This document shows positions 18,183-26,739 of a stretch of DNA of 58,734 nt, piece after piece. Location: positions 1 to 58,734 of the forward strand of contig JAHYJP010000003.1 in NCBI GenBank assembly GCA_019429055.1, in the 5' to 3' direction. Numbering within the stretch: position 1 is the stretch's first letter; every line of letters starts with the position of its first letter. A model generated the notes under the pieces. That model had not been told where the DNA came from. It ran no database searches and worked only from the letters and a program-made list of their open reading frames with translations. The DNA comes from Bacteroidales bacterium (GTDB taxonomy: Bacteria; Bacteroidota; Bacteroidia; Bacteroidales; UBA7960). A program made the translations under genes and the position numbers.

Positions 18183-18953
18183 TTATTCAATGATCTGGTA
18201 TCTTTCCCTTGCCTCTGCCCTGCTGCAGGCATTAAAATGCCACCATTCACTTTGAATACCCCAGAAACCACCATGCCGCATTACTCTTCTCAGCAAATGC
18301 CTGTTTTCAATATGAACAGGCTTCAGTTTACCCTGCTCAAGCATTTCATCTTCAAGTGAAGGATAAGCAAGTTCTCCCATGTGATCAAAACCGGTTCCCA
18401 TATCAAGCGGATCTCCATCGGCATCAACAATACTAACATCTACTGCTGCCCCGAAATTATGTATGGACCCATTGGCGGGATTGGCCAGAAACCTGATCTT
18501 CTCCTGGAAGGGAGCATCAACAGCATCCCACATCTTTTGCTGTATGCTGCGGGGGCGGGCAGCATCATAAACTATCAGGGAGTATTCAGGATGTATTGAC
18601 TTTAAAAACTTTTGCGACCTTATAAGCATTTCGGCAACATCAGGCTGTAAATAGGCATTTTTCATTCCACCATAAACAGCTTTACCCAGAAAATTATCAG
18701 TAGTACTGTATTTCAACTCTACCATGATGGATGTATCCAGATCATGAATATTAACAAGGCCATGTTCAATCATTTGTAGTTCAATGGGTGGAACAACTGG
18801 GATATCTTCAACAATTGTTTTTGTTAATGTATCCTTTTCCGGGTAGATCTCTCCGGCTGTTTCCTCTGTTGATGAATCACGAACACCACAAGAGATAAAC
18901 AAGGTAAGCCAGAAAAACAAAAACAATGAGGTATATTTTCGAAATAAATTCAT
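18183..18953 (-). CDS. M15-family D-alanyl-D-alanine dipeptidase (VanX/DdpX-like) lipoprotein
   Basis: 256-aa ORF with a lipobox (LFISCG). 'YDAARPRS', 'SIHNFGAAVDVSI' (the SxHxxGxAxD zinc site) and 'EWWHF' match the VanX-type signature. Confidence 0.85.
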   Translation of the reverse strand: MNLFRKYTSLFLFFWLTLFISCGVRDSSTEETAGEIYPEKDTLTKTIVEDIPVVPPIELQMIEHGLVNIHDLDTSIMVELKYSTTDNFLGKAVYGGMKNAYLQPDVAEMLIRSQKFLKSIHPEYSLIVYDAARPRSIQQKMWDAVDAPFQEKIRFLANPANGSIHNFGAAVDVSIVDADGDPLDMGTGFDHMGELAYPSLEDEMLEQGKLKPVHIENRHLLRRVMRHGGFWGIQSEWWHFNACSRAEARERYQIIE

Positions 18954-19088
18954 TATAAATGAAACTTTGATTGATGAATTTTGATTTTGATTTTATTAAT
19001 TTCGTAGATATATTGAGTTGGAAAATACATCAATGATTAATTTTTTTATTTGTCAAAAATATTCAAAATTTAAAACTTTAATTCAGCC

Positions 19089-19655
19089 ATGGAATCCAAA
19101 GATATTAAAATAGGTGCCAAAGTAGAACATCCGCAGTTTGGAACAGGCATTATAACTAACGTTACATTAACATCTTATACCGTATATTTTGGTACCAAAG
19201 GTGAAAAAAGTATAGCTGCAGGTTTTCAGGGTTTGAAATTACTGGCACCCTCGAACCTTCCGGATGAAGATTCAGGTAGTGGTGGCAGTTCGGGAATAAG
19301 TATCCAGGACCTTGAGAAGGTTTTCACGAATGTACTCAGACGATATGCCGATTTTCCTGAAACCGTTGAGCTGGGCGATCGCTGGAAAAAAGGTATGATG
19401 ATCCTGAAGCCCGGTGATCCCAATCTGAAACCCAAAGAAGTACCCGTTGAATCCTTTTTTCATAAAATAGTGCTTGTACGGGACCGTCTGAGAGTACTTG
19501 AGCAGCGCATCAATTCAAATGAGAGCCTTTCTGACGAGGAGAAAGTAAATCTTCAGCAATACATTACACGTTGTTATGGTTCTTTAACCACATTCAATGT
19601 ATTTTTCAAGCACAAACAGCAATTTTTTGTGGGTGAGAAAGGCCAGACCGAATAA
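19089..19655 (+). CDS. Hypothetical two-domain protein
   Basis: 188-aa ORF. The N-terminal 'IGAKVEHPQFGTGIITNV' resembles the small beta-barrel (Tudor-like) motif found at the C-terminus of UvrD/PcrA. It is followed by a Gly/Ser linker (DEDSGSGGSSG) and a helical C-terminal domain. I recognise no enzymatic motif. Confidence 0.55.
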   Translation: MESKDIKIGAKVEHPQFGTGIITNVTLTSYTVYFGTKGEKSIAAGFQGLKLLAPSNLPDEDSGSGGSSGISIQDLEKVFTNVLRRYADFPETVELGDRWKKGMMILKPGDPNLKPKEVPVESFFHKIVLVRDRLRVLEQRINSNESLSDEEKVNLQQYITRCYGSLTTFNVFFKHKQQFFVGEKGQTE

Positions 19656-19750
19656 CCCTTAAAGTAGCACTTTCGTTTCATGTAATAAAAAACCGGATAT
19701 CAATTATTTACAAATTCTGGTCTCCGGTTTTATTAGCTTCCAGGCTTAAA

Positions 19751-20506
19751 TTAGTCATTATTCATAAAACCCTGTTGTTCCAGAACTTTCAGCAGAACCT
19801 TACTGAAATGTAAATTATCGGCCTTTTTATAGCGGTTTTGAGTAAATATCTGCGCAAGTGTTTCCAGTTGATTTTCTTCCAGCAGTTTTTGGGTTAAAGG
19901 CAAACTTTCCTTTTCGGCATATATCTCATCAATATCTTCCTGGGTATAATCGGCATATTTCTCATAGTGTACAACACCTTTTGCCGGAAGACGATCTGCC
20001 TGTTCGGGGTCTTCAGCCGGGTAACCTACCACCACCGTGGTAACCGGAACAACACCTTTGGGCAGATCAAAAAAATCGATCAATTTATCAGCCTGGTAGG
20101 TTGTAGTTCCCAGGTAACAGATGCCCAGGCCAAAATCTTCTGCTGCAACACATGCATTTTGAGCAACCAGCAACGCATCAATAGCAGCCGTAAAAAATGA
20201 CAGGAAATTATCATAACCCGGTTCTGCTTTTCTTTGGCTGCACCATTTGTTAAAACGGTTAAAGTCAGCACAGAAAGTCAGAAGCACAGGCGCCTGTTCT
20301 ACCATTTTCTGGTTAAAATGGAGCTTGCAGAGTTCTTTACGCTTTGACTCATCTTTGGTAACAATAACGCTGTATACCTGCATATTACCGGTAGTAGATG
20401 CCCGGAACCCTGCTTCGAGAATTTTACCAAGAATTTTTTCATCCACAGGGTCAGATTTATAATTTCTTATTGTCTTGTGATTCAATAGAGTATCAAGGGT
20501 TTGCAT
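19751..20506 (-). CDS. Nitroreductase-family NADPH-dependent oxidoreductase (NfsA/Frp-like)
   Basis: 251-aa ORF. 'LLNHKTIRNYKSDPVDEKILGKILEAGFRASTTGNMQ' is the nitroreductase FMN-binding N-terminus. The length and C-terminal extension fit the NfsA group. Confidence 0.85.
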   Translation of the reverse strand: MQTLDTLLNHKTIRNYKSDPVDEKILGKILEAGFRASTTGNMQVYSVIVTKDESKRKELCKLHFNQKMVEQAPVLLTFCADFNRFNKWCSQRKAEPGYDNFLSFFTAAIDALLVAQNACVAAEDFGLGICYLGTTTYQADKLIDFFDLPKGVVPVTTVVVGYPAEDPEQADRLPAKGVVHYEKYADYTQEDIDEIYAEKESLPLTQKLLEENQLETLAQIFTQNRYKKADNLHFSKVLLKVLEQQGFMNND

Positions 20507-20584
20507 AAAAAGGTATATTTTGAATTTTATAATGCAAACCTACAATTTTTCGCTCTCTTATAAAAAATTATTCAAGTAGTTTAA

Positions 20585-20667
20585 GGAAGCTTCCAATTCC
20601 TCCGGAAGTTGGAAGTTCCTTCCCCGTCAGGAACTGGAAACTTGCGGAGCAATTTCCAGCTTCCGGG
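20585..20667. repeat. GGAA/TTCC-rich imperfect palindrome (83 nt)
   Basis: The left arm 'ggaagcttccaattcctccggaagttggaagttcct' matches the reverse complement of the right arm 'aggaactggaaacttgcggagcaatttccagcttcc' at 28 of 36 positions, around the centre 'tccccgtc'. The region contains 5 GGAA and 6 TTCC tetramers. Confidence 0.5.
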
Positions 20668-20782
20668 ATATCGTTAATATTGCCTCAGTTGTTAATTGCA
20701 GGATGGGCACCTGAAGATTTCATCTGGATAAAATTAGTTTAAGTTATTGGTCAGATGGAACTTACATGAATGACCTTATCCA

Positions 20783-22234
20783 TTATTTTTTGTGAGCGTG
20801 GTGCTCCTGTAAGTTTCTTTTGCGGGGAGTATAATAAATATCAATAGCCACCAGTATGGCCATAAACCCCCAGAAAGGAACAGATGCTTTATCTGTATCG
20901 AGGAAGTTATTGAGTAAACCATGCACAAAATAGGTGATAAAACCAAGGGTAATTCCTAAAGATAGCCATCGATGTTCTTTGGAGGGTGCCCTTTTGAAAT
21001 TTTGAACCCCGGTAACAATAACCCAAAGCGCAAGAGCCATAAAGCTAAGCATACCTAATATACCTGATTCGGCCAGCGGACCCAGGTATTCGCTATGGGC
21101 ATTTCCGAGATCTCCAAAATTGGTTGTGATGATCGTATGATCCTCCGAGAGCTGGAATGGAGCATACACCAACTGGTAAGTCCCGGGCCCCCATCCCAGA
21201 ATGGGACGCTCCTCAAACATTCTTAAAGCTGCACGCCACCTGTTAATCCGTTCCAGGTTGCTGGCATCTGATGTTATATTGGTTACTGACCGGGCATGCT
21301 CACGAAAATCTCCTGATGATTCCTGGCGGTTTCTTTCAAGTGACATAATAATACTGTCCTGAAATATAAAAGCTGTTCCAACCAAAAGAACTAATCCCGC
21401 AAAGATCAGTTTATAATCTATTTTCAGCGCAAGGATCCAGAAGGCAGCAAAAGAAACGGCAATACTAACCCATGCAGCCCTGCTGTAACTGAATATGATT
21501 CCCATAACAAAAACAAAAAAGAAAATAAGGGCAATTCTTTTTCTGAGTACACTGTATTCGCCAATGAATGCTTTGATAATAAATACCGGTGCCACCAGTG
21601 CCAGCACAGCACTATAGTTGGTATGATCGTTGAAAAAAGGGCGTACCACCCACGTTCCGACCTGTCGTTCGAAACCATAGGTACTATGCTTAAAAGTAAT
21701 ATAGCCTATAATTATTACGAGGGAGGTACCAAAAAGCCAGAGAAATAACCGGATCTTCTCAGGTTGTTTAAAGAGTTGTATCAGAACAAAATAAAAGGTT
21801 ACCACAAACCATAAGCGACTGATAAAAAACTTAAAAGAAACTAAAGGTATCTCGCTTGTTACGGAAGTAACAAACATCCATAAAAGATTAATGATCAGCA
21901 GAATTGTTATGGGATGTTTAATAACCTTTATATCATATCTTTGCTCATAAAACAGCCGAAGAAAGAACAAGCACATTATGGCAACTATGATAGGTTCGGT
22001 AGGAATATTTACTGTAAAACCCATTCCTTCATTCCCATATTTGAATGTAAATGGTGTAATGAAAACCACAGCTAAAAGCAGCTTATCAAGAGAAAAGAAA
22101 AATAACAAAACCACCACCAATGCAGCCGGCAAGGCCATAAACCAATAAATTTCATTGGCAATGAATAGCATATTCAATGCAATAAAGGCCAAAGCGGCAC
22201 CATAGAAAAGTTTTATCCTGAAACTTTCAATCAC
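20783..22234 (-). CDS. O-antigen ligase/polymerase family (Wzy_C-type) membrane protein
   Basis: 483-aa polytopic membrane ORF. It has 'FSYSRAAWVSIAV' and a large loop carrying 'INRWRAALRMFEERPILGWGPGTY', typical of the O-antigen ligase/Wzy family. Confidence 0.8.
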   Translation of the reverse strand: MIESFRIKLFYGAALAFIALNMLFIANEIYWFMALPAALVVVLLFFFSLDKLLLAVVFITPFTFKYGNEGMGFTVNIPTEPIIVAIMCLFFLRLFYEQRYDIKVIKHPITILLIINLLWMFVTSVTSEIPLVSFKFFISRLWFVVTFYFVLIQLFKQPEKIRLFLWLFGTSLVIIIGYITFKHSTYGFERQVGTWVVRPFFNDHTNYSAVLALVAPVFIIKAFIGEYSVLRKRIALIFFFVFVMGIIFSYSRAAWVSIAVSFAAFWILALKIDYKLIFAGLVLLVGTAFIFQDSIIMSLERNRQESSGDFREHARSVTNITSDASNLERINRWRAALRMFEERPILGWGPGTYQLVYAPFQLSEDHTIITTNFGDLGNAHSEYLGPLAESGILGMLSFMALALWVIVTGVQNFKRAPSKEHRWLSLGITLGFITYFVHGLLNNFLDTDKASVPFWGFMAILVAIDIYYTPRKRNLQEHHAHKK

Positions 22235-22248
22235 CTGGTAGAATTAAT

Positions 22249-23271
22249 TTATTTTTTTCCTGCAGGAATTATTCCCCTGTTCGCAAGATGTTCATAGGTC
22301 ATAAGAGCCAGAATACCCATTACTCCGGCAGCAAAAGCAGAGAGGAAAACAATAAGCCATCTGGTAGGGTATACTTTTTTTTCTGCAATAAACGCGTCAT
22401 CAATAAGAAATTTAAAAGAAACGAAGTTATCAAGGTCGGCTCTTGCTTCCTGCATTACACGCTGCACAACATGAAGATTTCGTGAGGTTTGTTCAAGATG
22501 TTCCTTTTGCGTCATAAAACTACCACCGTATTCCCTGATGACATCCAGCTGTTCTTCAATTGCCCTGACCCCTCTGGTATTGCCCGTAGAAAGGTCGATG
22601 GCAAGCTGTTGGGTAAGCATTTCTGCCTGTGCATTGTACTGGTATATACCAAGGCTCATGAGTGTGGTCAGTGAATCACGTGTTGTATTGATTTCGTGCA
22701 GCATATTCTCATAGCTTTGCCTGGCTACCTGGTAAGCAAGCAAAGCTCTTTGTTGTCTGATGTCATTTTGTATGGTATCGGCAAGTGCAGCAATTTCGTT
22801 GGCCATGTCAGCAGCCATTTCAGGGCTCTTATCACGAACTCTTATCTCTACAGCGCCATAAGGCGTGCGGCGGGATGAAATATTACTATTATAAATTTTC
22901 CGAAGCGTCGTATTTCTGTATTTATCATCTTCCTCAATTTCATAATGTTCAAAAAGATCAAAGCGTTCAACGACCTTGTCTCTTATGGCAGTTGATCCCA
23001 GGACCTGAAGCAATCGCTCAGCATCATCCACATCACCATATTCCAGAAAGTCTACGTTGGTGCCAAAGACTGCACGGCTCAAACTGCTTGATTTAGCCGG
23101 AAACATAAGCACTGTGGATTCGAAAAGCGGTGTAATAAAAATGGGTGAAGAAAAAATCACCCCCAGTATTGCTGCCGAAAAACCGATTATACCCAGATGT
23201 TTCCACCAGCGGATAAAAAACATGAAAATGTTTGTGGAATCAAATTCGTTGTTCACATTTTTGTCGTCCAT
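22249..23271 (-). CDS. Wzz-like polysaccharide chain-length determinant protein
   Basis: 340-aa ORF. TM helices at the N-terminus (LGIIGFSAAILGVIFS) and C-terminus (WLIVFLSAFAAGVMGILAL) flank a long helical periplasmic region. It is sandwiched between Wzy-type and Wzx-type genes. Confidence 0.6.
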   Translation of the reverse strand: MDDKNVNNEFDSTNIFMFFIRWWKHLGIIGFSAAILGVIFSSPIFITPLFESTVLMFPAKSSSLSRAVFGTNVDFLEYGDVDDAERLLQVLGSTAIRDKVVERFDLFEHYEIEEDDKYRNTTLRKIYNSNISSRRTPYGAVEIRVRDKSPEMAADMANEIAALADTIQNDIRQQRALLAYQVARQSYENMLHEINTTRDSLTTLMSLGIYQYNAQAEMLTQQLAIDLSTGNTRGVRAIEEQLDVIREYGGSFMTQKEHLEQTSRNLHVVQRVMQEARADLDNFVSFKFLIDDAFIAEKKVYPTRWLIVFLSAFAAGVMGILALMTYEHLANRGIIPAGKK

Positions 23272-23403
23272 AATTATGATTGTTGTTTTATAATTGTTTT
23301 CGTTTAGAAAATACGATTAAACAGAGGTATTTATTGCATTGGGGCAGGTTTTGAAAAACGAGCCCAAAGATAAATAAAAATCATTTGGCAAAATGGAAGC
23401 ACT

Positions 23404-24888
23404 TTATTGTTTTTCACCATATTTGATAATTCCGAACAAATACCTGATACTTATCAGTCTTATGGCTAATGCAATTAAAAAGGATGAAATTACCAAAAGC
23501 AGGAAACTCAAATGCCAACTCAGGGGTAATTGTTTTGAGAAATACCCCAGGAAAATAACACCGAAAATAAAAATAATCAACTTGATGATCAGAAGGTAGT
23601 TTAGTTTGAACTTAAAGAGGCGGTAAACAACCAATACCTGAACTCCGGCAATCAGGAATTGAGTGAAAAGGGTAGCAACTGCCGAGCCGAAGGCCTGGTA
23701 ATGAGGTATGAGAATAAAATTCAAACTTATATTAATCACCATACCGGTAAACGCTATATAATTCAAGTATCTCAGATTGCCATTGGCAGTTAGCAAAGTG
23801 CTGAAAATGTACATGGTAGAAATGGCACAGAAGCTGATCATCAACAACTTGAAAACCTGCGAACTGTGCATGATGCGGTAATCAAATTCAAGCAGCGATT
23901 CACCCCCGTGAATGGGATATAAAAGCTTCATGAATTCCTCAGCATAAATAAATGATGCTGCAGCAATTATTATTGCAGGAGTAATTAAAAGTGTATAGGA
24001 TAGTTTTATGAGTTCTTCGATTGATTCATTTTGCTTGAGCATACGGGCGAAAATAGGTAGCAACAAAACAGCAAAAAGGTAAGCAAACATTGTGGCTGCA
24101 TCAAGCAACCTGTAAGCTGATGCATATATACCTGAATACATGGCTCCTTCATCAAGCAGCCGTTCCAGCATTACACTGTCAACCCGGTTGTAGAATGTCA
24201 TCAATAAAACCAGCACAGCATATGGAAAGCTTTGCCTTAGCATCATCATAAAGAACGGAGTACTCCAGTTAAGTTTAAGAAATTGTGCTTCAGCCTTTCT
24301 GAAAACTATAATCATAGTTATGAGTGCTGTGATTGACAAAGAAAGGGTTTGCGCATATACAAAATACTTGATCTTAAATTCGGGTACAATATTTCCCCAA
24401 AGCAAAAGGGCGCAGATAAAAATCATAACGCTCCGGTCAAGTACCGAGATAAAGCTATCTGTCCTGAACAAATGCAGTCCTCCTAAGTTAGAGCGTAAAT
24501 ACATTATAAAACCGATAAGGAACTGGTTTAATCCCAGAAAAGCCAGGAGGTACAATTGTTCCCTGGAATATTTGATAACAAATGCTGCAAAAAAAGTAAA
24601 TACCAGGTAAACAATAAAAAGTACAAGTTTTAATACGATAATATTCGATAAGTGCTTTCTCAGGAGCTGATTATTCTGCGCTATATTTTTATTGTTAAAG
24701 GTTGTAATTCCGAAATCGAGCAGGATATAAAAAAGGAAAGAAAAGTTAAATATAGCGAAATAAAAGCCATACTCTTCTGCTCCCACAGTATTTTGAACTG
24801 TACGGTCGATGCCAAAGATCCAGAAGGGTTTGATCAACAGATTTAAAACCAGCAAAAGTGCCAGGTTTTTCAGAAATTTCCGCTGCAT
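23404..24888 (-). CDS. Wzx-type oligosaccharide flippase (polysaccharide biosynthesis protein, MOP superfamily)
   Basis: 494-aa ORF with at least 12 predicted TM segments. The N-terminus 'MQRKFLKNLALLLVLNLLIKPFWIFGIDRTVQN' is typical of Bacteroidota flippases. Confidence 0.8.
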   Translation of the reverse strand: MQRKFLKNLALLLVLNLLIKPFWIFGIDRTVQNTVGAEEYGFYFAIFNFSFLFYILLDFGITTFNNKNIAQNNQLLRKHLSNIIVLKLVLFIVYLVFTFFAAFVIKYSREQLYLLAFLGLNQFLIGFIMYLRSNLGGLHLFRTDSFISVLDRSVMIFICALLLWGNIVPEFKIKYFVYAQTLSLSITALITMIIVFRKAEAQFLKLNWSTPFFMMMLRQSFPYAVLVLLMTFYNRVDSVMLERLLDEGAMYSGIYASAYRLLDAATMFAYLFAVLLLPIFARMLKQNESIEELIKLSYTLLITPAIIIAAASFIYAEEFMKLLYPIHGGESLLEFDYRIMHSSQVFKLLMISFCAISTMYIFSTLLTANGNLRYLNYIAFTGMVINISLNFILIPHYQAFGSAVATLFTQFLIAGVQVLVVYRLFKFKLNYLLIIKLIIFIFGVIFLGYFSKQLPLSWHLSFLLLVISSFLIALAIRLISIRYLFGIIKYGEKQ

Positions 24889-25084
24889 TCAGTTTAATAG
24901 TTCATGAACCACAGGTGCTCCCGGAAAATATAGTTTCGCTTATCCGTGTCAAATTTAGCAACTTTTGATTTCAAAGATACTTTTTAAATCAAAAGATTAA
25001 TGACCAATGCCCAAAACAAGGAATAATTCCCCGAAAAAGGAGTAATTTTGCTCTAAAGTAGTCTAAAATTTTAAAACTGAAAGC

Positions 25085-26176
25085 GTGAAATTTAAACCAG
25101 GAGACAGAGTTAGTTTTTTGAATGAAAAAGGTGGTGGCATTGTAACAAAAGTTATAGATGAAAACCTGGTACACGTCACCATCGAAGATGGTTTTGAGAT
25201 ACCCGTTATTGCAACTAACCTCATAAAAACCGGCACAGCCGAAATGAATGAAAATATTCAGAAAGCTTACCAGAGAATCCAGGCACAGCAGCAGGAACCT
25301 GAAGAAGATGAAGATATTCTGCCGTTGTACATATCCCACAACGATCCTGATCAGCGACCTGATGGAGTTTACCTGGGCATAGTGCCTGAAATGCAGGAGA
25401 ATCCATTGACCGGATCTCTCGAATTGTACCTTATAAACCATACAGTTTTTGAGGTACTATTCAGTTTATTTCAAAATCATTCAGGCAACTGGCATGGCAC
25501 AGAATATGGTTTTATTCCGCGCGAGTCTAAAATGTTTCTCGGTACAATAGGAAGATCCGAGATTGAAAAATGGGCCAATTCTCTGCTGCAGACTGTATTC
25601 TTTGTCGAAGGAAAGACTGATCCTCTCCCACCCTTTGCTGGTTTGCTGAACTTTAAGCCTGTAAAGATTTATAAGGAAGATAGTTTTCAGTATGAAACAC
25701 TGCTTCGAAGCAAAGCCTTTTTTGTGGAAGGTTGTAAAATTGACGAATTGCAACAGAAACCCATTTTTGAAGAAAAGTTCAGCAAGGAAAGTATAATGAG
25801 CCTGCAGGAAAAAATGAATATCAATCAGCGATCTGAATCTGCTCCGGCTGCCAAGCCTTCTTTTCTTGACAAACACAAAATTGATGATAAAATAGCTGAG
25901 GTAGATCTGCATATTGGAGAACTTGTAGATAATTTTACGAATCTGGATAAAAACGATTTGCTGAATGTTCAGCTGGATTACTTCAGGAAATGCCTGGATC
26001 AGGCCGAAAAGGAGAAACTGGTCAAGATCATTTTTATTCACGGAGTTGGAAACGGGAAGCTGAAGACTGAAATTGTCAGACTTCTTCAAAATATCCGTGG
26101 GATTGAGTTTTATGATGCTCCCTATGCGCGTTACGGCATGGGAGCAACTGAAGTTCATTTTTATCGCAATAAATAA
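25085..26176 (+). CDS. Smr-domain protein (DUF2027-type N-terminus)
   Basis: 363-aa ORF with a GTG start. The N-terminal KOW-like motif is 'KPGDRVSFLNEKGGGIVTKV'. The C-terminal Smr domain reads 'EVDLHIGELV...KIIFIHGVGNGKLKTEIVRLL'. Confidence 0.8.
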   Translation: MKFKPGDRVSFLNEKGGGIVTKVIDENLVHVTIEDGFEIPVIATNLIKTGTAEMNENIQKAYQRIQAQQQEPEEDEDILPLYISHNDPDQRPDGVYLGIVPEMQENPLTGSLELYLINHTVFEVLFSLFQNHSGNWHGTEYGFIPRESKMFLGTIGRSEIEKWANSLLQTVFFVEGKTDPLPPFAGLLNFKPVKIYKEDSFQYETLLRSKAFFVEGCKIDELQQKPIFEEKFSKESIMSLQEKMNINQRSESAPAAKPSFLDKHKIDDKIAEVDLHIGELVDNFTNLDKNDLLNVQLDYFRKCLDQAEKEKLVKIIFIHGVGNGKLKTEIVRLLQNIRGIEFYDAPYARYGMGATEVHFYRNK

Positions 26177-26180
26177 AATA

Positions 26181-26564
26181 AAGACAGGCTTTCCTGCCGC
26201 TATGCCTGATCAAGGCAGAGAGGAAAGTCCGGGCAACACAGGGCAGCATACTTCCTAACGGGAAGCTGTTTTCCGGTTTTTGACCGGAGAGCAAGAGAAA
26301 GTGCCACAGAAAATAACCGCCCCGACATGTGCGGGGTAAGGGTGAAAACGTGAGGTAAGAGCTCACGGCAGGTGGTGGTGACATCATTTGCGGGTAAACC
26401 TTATGCGTTGAAAGACCAAATATACCGGGGGTTGAGGGCGGCCCGCCCAATCCCGGAGGGTAGGTCGTTAGAGATCAGGTGCAAACCTGTTCCCAGATAA
26501 ATGGCAGGAGTTTCATATCCCCTTGGGGATTTGGAAAACAGAACCCGGCTTATAAGCCTGTCTT
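26181..26564 (+). ncRNA. rnpB: RNase P RNA, bacterial type A
   Basis: It has the universal P4 5' strand 'gaggaaagtccgggc' (26219-26233) and the P4 3' strand and end 'acagaacccggcttat'. P1 pairs 'aagacaggctt' (26181-) with 'aagcctgtctt' (-26564) and is followed by a T-run. It also has the J-region element 'gtaagggtgaaa'. The overlapping ORFs on both strands are artefacts. Confidence 0.92.
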
Positions 26565-26739
26565 TTTTTTATTGCTTTTCCAATAATATTAAACAACAAG
26601 CGTTTTCCTGTAAATTTTAAGTGATGCTGTTGTTTTTCCAGAACACTTTGTAAATGTTGAAAAATAGGCGCTAATGTTGAAAAGCATGCAACATGGTGTC
26701 TGTTTTTTATTTGTAATTTCGTGCAAAATTTCATTTCAT

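Noticed and set aside
19688-19731. Possible bidirectional terminator (aaaaccgga...tccggtttt) between 19655 and 19751
   Set aside because: It has only a 9-bp AT-rich stem around a 26-nt loop. It is plausible but too weak to list as a feature.
24989-26158. 150-aa and 225-aa minus-strand ORFs
   Set aside because: They are antisense to the Smr-domain gene. Their sequences are Phe/Ile/Asn-rich, as expected from reverse-translating AT-rich coding DNA, and have no recognisable motifs.
26073-26450. ORFs of 61 aa (+) and 124 aa (-) overlapping 26073-26450
   Set aside because: They overlap the RNase P RNA, whose universal P4 and P1 elements are unambiguous. They are translation artefacts of a structured GC-richer RNA gene.
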